Shown here one piece after another: positions 54,393 through 64,000 of a stretch of DNA of 64,000 nucleotides. Position numbers and translations under genes: made by a program. The notes under the pieces were generated by a model. The model saw nothing but the letters and a program-made list of their open reading frames with translations. It searched no databases and was not told the DNA's origin. The stretch's first letter is position 1. Each line of letters starts with the position of its first letter. The stretch is from contig NC_043006.1 in NCBI RefSeq assembly GCF_006345805.1, forward strand, positions 104,470,001 through 104,534,000. The letters are read 5' to 3'. Origin of the DNA: Octopus sinensis. Taxonomy: Eukaryota.

Positions 54393-56064
54393 GTAAAAAG
54401 AGCAGCATTTCAATTGATTTAACCTGAGTAAACTACTTGGAGAAACAGATGACTTAGAGCTATTGATAAACTCAGATTTTTTGCTTCGCTGGCGTAAGCG
54501 ATAATTGTAAACACAATGTAACTACTACAAAGAATAATAGTAGGGATATTGAAACAAATTCGATATGATTCTAACAGCATTAGAAAATATCCTTTTACAT
54601 ATTACAACTTCTACATATGCAGGCGCTGAGAAGGATAGACAAAACTTTCGAATTAGACGTGCCTCCTACAAACTAAAAAAAATTGCTATATAAACAAAAA
54701 TGATTTAGACTCTTGTAAACATGCCAAGTTGGTTTTTATTTAGCTTGAAATCGAAACGAAAATGTCATATCAATAGCAATGTGTTATGACCATTATAAGA
54801 CAGTCAACTGTCAATCTTTCTGTAAATCGGTACATTACGGTGGTACAACACACAGCAGTTAGTGATAGGCTGGTTGTATGACTGTTGGCTTACTATATCA
54901 GTTCAAACCTTTCTCATGTCAAAATGAAAAGATATGGTCTCTATTTCTCGCAACATTTTTATCGTTTATCAATAGTTCAAATATATTTTCTACATTTTAA
55001 CAACTATTGCTTCCGAGTAATGATATTCCTCTAGACCGAATCCACAGGCTTCCTTGACACCTCCAATAAATAATCTGTACTATTTAGAATTGAGATTCTG
55101 CTATTTAGAATCGAGGTTTAACTGCAGTATCAACGTCTGCATCGCCATGTATCATCTTCTGAGAAACTCTAAAATGGCTTGATTTTCCACCTCGGGCTAG
55201 CAAACACAAATGTCTCGACAGAGTGATAGCATCATATGATATCGATTATTCAGAAAATAAGACAGAAAGAGGAAGGGAGAATAATTGTAAAAATGGAAAT
55301 TAGTAATTAATTGAAATGTAAATTCTTATATCGTTTCTTGATATATTGTCTTAAAATAAACGGAAGCTGTTAGAAATGAATAAACAAACTTTACTTTTTT
55401 AGCTTTGCTATAATTCGTTGTGAATTAAAATAGATACTGATATGCTTGTATTCTTGTTTCCAAAAATATCATCCAAGGTAGAAGCATAATCTCCCGAAGA
55501 GATATTCTGAAATAGCTTGTTATATTTAGCCATCTTTAGAACAAATTTTCTATTGAAGAATCGTTCGACGTTAGCATTGAGTTAGAGGACCATATTTATA
55601 TCTGTTTTGCCGACAGAAGCGTTCTGGTCTCAAATCTTCGAAGTTAACATTACTGATGAATCAACGTAGGCGATCTTGCACTAAATTAATTTATATATGG
55701 TCAGTTATGAGTAATTTGCTTCTCCAAGATGAATAAAATAACTACCAATATTGTCTCAGTTAATTATATTACTCTCCGCCCATAACAAACAATATCCAGC
55801 TAGTAAAACGAAGATAAATAAACAAAGAATCGATCAACTAATATGGTATGATGTAAATACATTGTTGAATTTTAGCATCCTCTTGTAGGTGCGATGCTTA
55901 GTTCGATAGCAATTTAGTCGCAAACAATTTTTTACACGTTGCCCTGAAAAGGCTCTTACAATGTATGCAAACAATTAAAAATGCAACATTTAACATTAAC
56001 AAGAGACTCATTGGTTTATGTTATTTAGTTCCAATATTCTTACAAGCTTTTTATTAAGCAACGA

Positions 56065-56468
56065 ACCGGTGGAATCGTAAGCACGCCGGGAAAATTCTGA
56101 GTTCAAATTCCACTGAGGATGTCTTTGCCTTTCATCCTTCTGGCTCGATAAAATAAGTACCAGTTGATTGCTGAGATCGATGTAATCAACTTAACTCCTT
56201 CCCTAAACATGCTGGCCTTGTGCCAATTTCAAAGCAGCATGCTTATAAGTTATATGGCGGCAAGTTGGCAGAAGAGTTAGTACCTCGGACAAAACACTTA
56301 GCGGTATTTCTTCCGGCTCTTCATGTCCTTAGTTCAAATTCCGTCGAGTTCGATTCTCCCTTTCAGTCTTTTAGGTCGATAAAATAAAATGCCACTCAAG
56401 TGCTGGGGTCAAAAATCTAATTTACCTCCATCCCTCAAAATTGCTGGCCTTGTGCCAAAATTTGAAAC
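56065..56468 (+). mobile_element. Two SINE family 2 copies
   Basis: ggaatcgtaagcacgccggg...ctgagttcaaattcc and ggcggcaagttggcagaagagttag...ttcaaattccgtcgag. Confidence 0.75.
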
Positions 56469-56639
56469 CAATATGTTGTAAGTTTTGTTATTGGTAGAAT
56501 GGTTCAGTATTACTTGAGACAAAATGAATCATTTAAGAATAGATGCACATTTGAAACAAAAACAAGAAACAAATAAAAATAATCAAGGTTAGTGTATTCA
56601 CCTTGAGTAAAAGGAAACAGGTGCAACGTCTACGAAAAG

Positions 56640-56870
56640 AGCAATTCGTCGAGAAAGAAAAGAATACAAGAGGTAAGAGGAAAAGTACTATGTTACTTGT
56701 AGAATGAGCCTCGTTGGTAAATGGTGGGAGTGAAGTGGGTAGGTGTCTTCTCGTTTTGTAGCTGATGAGTCCGTCTCGGAATGTGACTGACCGCTGGTCA
56801 AGTGTAAAAATAATGAGAATGAAACAGCTTGACAAGCGAGATAATTAACAAGGTGTAAAGGTGTATGTAT
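56640..56870 (-). mobile_element. Fragment homologous to the 51.9-kb ORF1-type element 3' region
   Basis: aaaagtactatgtt...gtagaat...ggtaa.tggtgg.agtgaag shared with 51895-51960. Confidence 0.5.
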
Positions 56871-57024
56871 GAGCGGCAATAACGGAAATGTTATTTCAGG
56901 TAGAGAAAATTAAAATCGATTATTGTTACCGTTCCTAAAGGTTAAAAAATCAACTGCCGTATTCAGGTAAGGAGGACACTGGAGAAAACTTTGCTATGGA
57001 CAGGGAGTAGCAGTATTTATTTCA

Positions 57025-57252
57025 TACCTATTTCTTTACTACCCACAAGGGGCTAAACACAGAGAAGACAAACAAACGGATTAAGTCGATTATATCGACC
57101 GCAGTGTGTAACTGGTATTTATTTAATCGACCTCGAAAACATGAAAGGCAAAGTCGACCTCGGCGGAATTTGAACTCAGAACGTAACGGCAGACGAAATA
57201 CGGTTACGCATTTCGCCCGGCGTGCTAACGACTCTGCCAGCTCGCTGCCTTT
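57025..57252 (-). mobile_element. SINE family 2, well preserved
   Basis: Head (ggcagcgagctggcagagtcgttagcacgccgggcgaaat) through tail (gtttagccccttgtgggtagtaaagaaatagg). Confidence 0.85.
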
Positions 57253-57274
57253 TTATTTCAGTATTTATTTCATA

Positions 57275-58870
57275 CCACGTGATGAACTCGTTTAGAGCTC
57301 CTTTCTTGGGCAATGACAATATCACTCAGTCATTCAATACCTCTATAAATTTCCCTTCGAGTCAGATTAATTTGCACATATTTCCTAACTCTTCTAAGTG
57401 ACATGTATTCCATGCTGAAGTAGTTCTGCTGTTATCTCATCTAGCGCTTCTGCCTTGTTGTTCTTCCGTGTTGACTGGCTTCAGTGACTTTTCCGTAGTG
57501 ATATCCTCATCTGTCACTTATAAGTGATCTAACAAATATCTCTATCTGTGTTGTTGAAGAGGTCGAGTGAAGCGGGCCGGGTCAGCACTTCGTGAGAATA
57601 TAGCCACCTAGTTCATTACTCCTCGTTCGTTACCAACATCTTCCAACAGTAACTCTTAACTGGCGATTATTGATTTTACTTCATTTAGTTTGTCGGTTAA
57701 TTTACAATTGGAAGCTGGTATCCATCTTTTGTGGATGTTCCCTTTTCTGCGTCTAAATTCTTCACCGGCACTTGATGCCATGACCTGTTGGAAATGAGTC
57801 CAGTGCTTCTAAGGGTCGGACCCACTCTCTAAACATGGTAACATCTGCGTTTCAAGTAATCTTGTCGAAGTTTCTGCTTGATTGAGAATTTTCATCGCAA
57901 GAGACTGTACAGACTTTTGCCGTCTCTGTATTCCTTAGTTTCTAGCCAACCGTTCTAAGACTTAAGCTGTAGTCCGAATATATATTGCTCTGAAAGAGAC
58001 GTGATCATCTTGCAATGATGACCGAATCTGGTACTGATTTCAAGGTGTTCGTTGCATTGTTGACGTTATCAGACCGTGAAGCCCTTGTAGTTTTATGTCA
58101 ATGTTTCTTAGCTAAGGTTACCTCCATTAAGCTCACAGCGACCGTTCAGTGTCAGCAACCTCCCATCTTTGTTTTTTGTGCAGTTGGATAATAATCCAAG
58201 CTTGTCCCTGTCCATTTGAATAGTGATGTCAATTATCACCACCTATATGTCATATCATGATACACTTTCCAGGATAATTTGTAGGCGGTTACAGTAAACA
58301 TTATTTTCTTCCTGCATCAGAAATCTGTCAGGGTGCAGATGTGCACAACTGTTACCTTAACATGTGTGGTGCTGAAACTTGCTGCGATGATCACTTCATT
58401 CACTGGCCTCCAGTTAATCACAGCTTCTGTTGCATGGTGACTAAATATGACGCGAACACCAAGCCTTCCTCCTCAGAGTATAGATATGACTAGCTATTCC
58501 TGAGCTTTTGAATGCGTTTCACGGGCACCAGGCAAAGTGTATGTGGACCACAGCTTTCCTACTTGTCACATGTTTACAGCTATCAGCCTGATATTCAAGG
58601 TTTCCAAACGTGTAGTAGTCTTGGCATCGATAATCTGGCTTGTTGTTTACATACGAAAATAACTCTAATTTATATGATAAACCCAAAGACTAATAAAATT
58701 CAAAACATTTTCTCTTCAACCCCAGTGGGCCTTGCATTAAATACCTAACCATGACATTTTTCAGAAGAAAGGAAGATTTCTGGAACTGAAGTCCTCCACA
58801 TGGCTTTCCTACAGACCTTGGCTTACAACTTAAGCGTAAAGTTAACGATATTAATCATACCGACATTGGA
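57275..58870 (-). pseudogene. Highly decayed RTE-type LINE (APE endonuclease and start of RT)
   Basis: Piecewise translation: HATEAVINWRPVNEVIIAASF...KVTVVH (APE), ITTEKVTEA, DEITAELLQHG, LSLPKKGAL (RT N-terminus). Confidence 0.65.
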
Positions 58871-59344
58871 GGGCCTCTGAAGACCACGTGCCCAGACAGT
58901 TCCTACTGATCAAATTAATAAAGAAAAATACTTTGCTGTATTTTTATCTAGAAAACTCGATATGATTTTATTCATACTTCATTCGTTTATAAATTTCAAA
59001 GATTCGCATTCTTCATTATATTTAATTTTGCTTTTTTCCCCCTCTTCATCTTGCGTTTTGGCAAGATCTTAGCTAATATACAGAAATTCCGTGCCAAGAT
59101 TTTTTGAATAGTCTTGTAAACTTTTACCTTTGTTATTATTCTCTGCACTCTCATTATCATTTTGCCAAACTATACACTTTTCATTGATTATTTTTCAGAC
59201 GTTTTTATCTTCATTTATAAATGTTGGCTATGTTACGTATGGAGAAATGCTCTTCGCCTTTTGTCTGTTCCCCCTGGGAAAGGAATAATATTTATTCCTT
59301 GTGATATGTTTAAGAAAACTTTACGGTTTTTCTATTTGCGTGAT

Positions 59345-59476
59345 TCTTCTTCTTCTTCTCCTTCTTCTTCTTCTTCTTCTTCTTCTTCTTCTTCTTCTTC
59401 TTCTTCTTCTTTTCTTCTTCTTCTTCTTCTTCTTCTTCTTCTTCTTCTTTTCTTCTTCTTCTTCTTCTTCTTCTTC

Positions 59477-59536
<60 letters not shown>

Positions 59537-59560
59537 GATATTATTATTATTATTAGATAT
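59345..59560. repeat. (CTT)n followed by (ATT)n
   Basis: Direct inspection. Confidence 0.95.
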
Positions 59561-60278
59561 TATAATTCGGAAAGCGTACCATTCTTTTGAGAAGTCGCTA
59601 CCAATTATCTACGTTCTCAATGGTTTCCAATTATTATTTCCTTTTTGATAACAGAGGAAATCTCCGTCACGTATATTTTCATACCATTAATATATCGTCT
59701 TCAGGCCACTTCACTAAATTTGCTCTATATCTTGTTTAACAGATTTATTTCAATATACATCATAAACAATAGTACTTTTGTCACCATTTGCGCTTTACGA
59801 TTTTTGTTGGTTTATTTTCGATCAAGTCGTTTTTGACTACGGGCAAAAGTAAGAGATATCAATTAATATATGACTACAATTTCCTGTAACAACGTTCGTA
59901 TTTTTAAAAACGTTTAGGACACTCATAATGAAATAGAACCGTTGGATGTTTATTTTAAACATTGATTAGAGCAGCGGCATTCCAGCTCAATTCAAATAAA
60001 TTTACGTTGTTATGCATTATAAAATCCATCGGATCTTATAACGTGTAAATCTTCCATTCGTCACTGAAATGTTCGTTCGTAAAAATTGCTGTTGCTGTAT
60101 GATTAAATTAATTCGTACAACAAAGAGAACATAATGATATTCCGGATGAGTTGTCACTAATCTGTATTCAAAGTGATCACAAAAGAGAAAATGAAAAAAA
60201 AAAGAAACTGCAAAACATGCACAAACACACATACGCATACATGTGTCTGTATCTCCCCACTCTCGCTTTCGCTATATA

Positions 60279-60310
<32 letters not shown>

Positions 60311-60321
60311 TATAATATATA

Positions 60322-60357
<36 letters not shown>

Positions 60358-60884
60358 TGTATGTATATGTATGTATGTATGTATGTGTGTGTATATTACG
60401 TATATATAATATATATATGATACACATATATTTTTATATATACATGTATATATGTATATATATGTATATATATATATATATAATATATATATATATATAT
60501 GTATATATATACATATGTATATATTGTCTAATATACACAGAATTTAAATAAGGCCTTCGTTAATACTTAGAATTTCTCGACGTCAGAGAAAGATAAAAGT
60601 CAGACAAAGGAACGGCAAACTAGTAAGCAAAGCTGAAAGAAGTAATTAGCCATAACAGCAAAAATAATTAAAATAAAACTAAAAATTAAACTCGATAAAA
60701 AAAGAGATTTATTTAACGGTGTGTGCAGCCTTACATTTGGTTACATTCGGTTCCTAAAGAACACCACTAATACGATTGCGAAAGAGTGAAATTGAAGTCC
60801 TGAAGAATCATATACACTTTGTCTACCGTTGAATACCTACCACAGAAGTTTGTATTATTGAGGACATAGAATATATTGCATATA

Positions 60885-61058
60885 ATTCTTTTCGCTGTTT
60901 GTTTCCAAACTCCGTAGCTTAGCGGTTTGGCAAAAAACAACCGACAGGATAAGTAACGGGCTGACAACGAATAAGTCCTAGGGTTGATTTGTTTGACTAA
61001 AAACGGGGCAACAGTGTGGCCACAGTCAAAATGACTGAAATAAGGAAAAGAATAAAAG
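60885..61058 (+). mobile_element. SINE family 1, 3' part, followed by (ATCT)n
   Basis: gcttagcggtttggcaaaa...gaataagtcctagggttgatttg...ggccacagtcaaaatgactgaaa. Confidence 0.65.
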
Positions 61059-61080
61059 CATATCTATCTATCTATCTATC

Positions 61081-61171
<91 letters not shown>

Positions 61172-61217
61172 AATCAATCTATCTATCTATCTAGCTAGCT
61201 AGCTATCTATCTATTTA

Positions 61218-61252
<35 letters not shown>

Positions 61253-61562
61253 ATATATATATATATATTTATATATGCATGAACATATCCTTCTACATAT
61301 TGATACACACATTCGTGTATGTATATGTGTGTATGTATATACTCAAAAGTATACACATATGTACGTTGCTTTTAAATTTACAGGAGCTAATATATATATA
61401 TTATATATATGTGTGTGTGTGTGTGTGTGTGGTGTGTGTGTGTGTGGTGTGTGTGTGTGTGTGTGTGTGCGTGTATGTATGTGTGTGTGTGCGCGTGTGT
61501 GTGTGTGAATGTATAAATATATATAAATGCATGTACGTTTGCGTTCTTGTTCCATATTTTGT

Positions 61563-61617
<55 letters not shown>

Positions 61618-61811
61618 ATGTATGTATGTATGTATATAAAGTAGGTATCAGTTAGAGGTGTTTAAAACCTTTAAGAGATAATTCAATCCAAAGGCGCTCC
61701 TGGTTATTGCCTGAGTAGGTACATTCCTTTGTAAAGTTGTACGGTATGATTTCGATTTGTAGGTAGACCATAGTTTAGGTTATATACGAGAAGAAAAGGG
61801 ATGTCAATATC

Positions 61812-62155
61812 AAGGAGAAACCTGTCGTTTTCGCTGGTATGTCATTAATTTAATTAACAAAGAAAAAGGGAGTATTTACGATCGTTTCAATTTACTTGTT
61901 TTAGTAAATATCTTTTAGTTTAACCAATCTTCTACAATGAAATCCACTCCCCAGCGGAATAATCAACGGAAGGACATAATATAATGTAAAACAAAGAAAT
62001 TTTGAATCTGTTACCATTACCATTGTATCAATCAGTTTTTCGCATTCTCAAGTCATGTATTAAAACTAGTAACTTGAAACGATCGTAAATGCTACCTTCT
62101 TCCTTTTTAATTAATTAAATTAATGACATACCAGCGAAAACGACAAGATCCTCCT
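61812..62155. mobile_element. Fold-back element (arms 61812-61906 / 62058-62155) with degenerate hammerhead 62042-62092
   Basis: gcatt/aatgc stem I, aagt/actt stem II and GAAA-cgatcg-UA present, but CUGAUGA reduced to ctc. Confidence 0.6.
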
Positions 62156-62180
62156 AGTTATTTTCATCCATTTTCTTCAC

Positions 62181-62248
<68 letters not shown>

Positions 62249-62316
62249 TTATACACATATATATATATATATACAGAGAGAGAGATAAACAGTGAGAGAA
62301 ACAGAGAGATAGATAG

Positions 62317-62372
<56 letters not shown>

Positions 62373-63084
62373 GTCAACATATATATATATATAGACATTC
62401 ACATATGCACACACAATGCATGTATATGTATATATATATATATGTGTGTTTGTGTGTGTGTGTCTGTGTGTGTGCGTGTGTATACATATGTATATAAAAA
62501 TATTTAAGCAGGGAGAGAGAGTGACAGAGAGAGAGAGAGAGCGAGAGAAAGGGAACGAAACTTCATGGAAATTTTATACAGTAATAAATTGGGAGATCCA
62601 GTGTGAATAGAATTGAATATTTGTATTTCGTGTGTATTATTACATACTCGCGAATGCATGCGTAGGTGTATTCGTGCGCGCTTGTGTCTATGTGTGTATT
62701 ATACCCGTTTATATTGCGAAATATATAAATTATTATTTTGATTGGTGTAAGATGGGATGATGGATATCAACAGATATTTCCTAACCATTTTATAACATTA
62801 ATATTTATATTTTATGCATATTTGCCTCTATCTTGAGTCGTTTTTCACCGGTGTCGCCTTTAAAAGAAAAATAAATAAATGGTCGTATAAGAAATGTTCG
62901 TCAAACGATAATGCTGTCCATACATGAACCACGGAAAATTAATGGGGTAACATTGACATGGAGTAATAAACCATCTATCAAATAAAAGGTACGTTTTTAT
63001 ATAACTATTCCTTACTGAAACCTTGATATCTTGAAGGGTGCCATAATGGTTATCTACAAGAAAGACGTTTTTCAGCCACACATG

Positions 63085-63160
<76 letters not shown>

Positions 63161-63162
<2 letters not shown>

Positions 63163-63242
63163 GGAGTAAACACATAAATGTGAAACAAGGTGGAAAAAAG
63201 AGTACTCAAATACCAGTGGTAGAGTAATATGCTTAAATAAAG
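63161..63242 (-). mobile_element. Minimal family A element (tail plus fused arm ends)
   Basis: Near-identical to 1433-1505, then cttaaataaag; (TA)n on both sides. Confidence 0.85.
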
Positions 63243-64000
63243 CATATATAAATATATATATATTGGCCTGCTCGCTTGGCCAGCGGGATGGCGTTATTTG
63301 AAGGCCAAAACAATGCGAAGCGCATTGTGACCAGCGATGTGTAGCAACATCTGATATCCTGGTCGGTAACGGTGACGGTGACAGTGATATATATACACAC
63401 TAACATATATATATATTTACATACATATATGTTAGTGTATATGTTTGTGTGTCTGTGCATGCACATGGACGTGTGCGCAAGAGTGCATCCATCCACCTGG
63501 CTGTCTGTCGGTCAATCTATCTATGTATATATATATATACATATCCCCATGTATGTATGTGTGTGTGTGTGTATGCATGTATGTATGCATGTATGCATGT
63601 ATATCTGTGTGCGAGAGTGTGATGTGTTTGTGTGTGTTTGTGTGTGTGTGTGTGCGTGCGTAATAAGATTTTCAGGATTCGAACTAATCAGTTATTTAGA
63701 TAGTAACAATATGAAGGTAGATTCAGGCATAGTGCACCTGTGTACCAATAACATGTACAGATATATACGTACTTACTAAAGTAAATATGAATTTTTTGTT
63801 CCATTTATGTATGCACACACAAGAACTGGCTGAATACGCTACGTGTATGTTGGAGATAGATGTATAATAAATTATAAGAATAATAATAATGATAATAATA
63901 ATAATAATAAATGTATAAATAAATATATAAATATATTTGTCACATACCTGTGATAAATATAAGACAGAAATAGATAAAATAAATAAATGAATTTATATAA

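Noticed and set aside
56760-56790. Hammerhead at ctgatgagtcc
   Set aside because: No ggac-GAAA partner or stem III; it lies in an ORF1-type fragment.

Overview
AT-rich eukaryotic, most likely intronic or intergenic DNA, dense with (TA)n/(CA)n/(ATAG)n/(AAT)n microsatellites. Almost all ORFs in the supplied track are microsatellite read-through. The SINE families and repeat landscape look like an octopod (Octopus-like) genome; this is an inference from memory, not a search. No complete host gene is visible. Recognisable mobile DNA: three tRNA-type SINE families, an R4/Dong-clade LINE inside (TAA)n, decayed RTE and CR1/L2-type LINEs, gag-like CCHC ORF1 fragments, two non-autonomous Helitrons, a Merlin-like MITE carrying TTAGGG repeats and a TIR MITE with an inverted duplication. 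The main discovery is a set of sequence-unrelated families sharing one architecture: (TA)n - inverted arm - spacer - arm - unique tail - (TA)n. Most carry a type I hammerhead ribozyme motif with a palindromic stem III, and one keeps the C-terminus of a Penelope-like (GIY-YIG, Neptune-type) ORF. In several copies the fold-back point sits at or within a few nt of the predicted ribozyme cleavage site, and the tail-less arm ends at the same base in independent insertions. All alignments and folds were done by eye, so coordinates may be off by a few nt.
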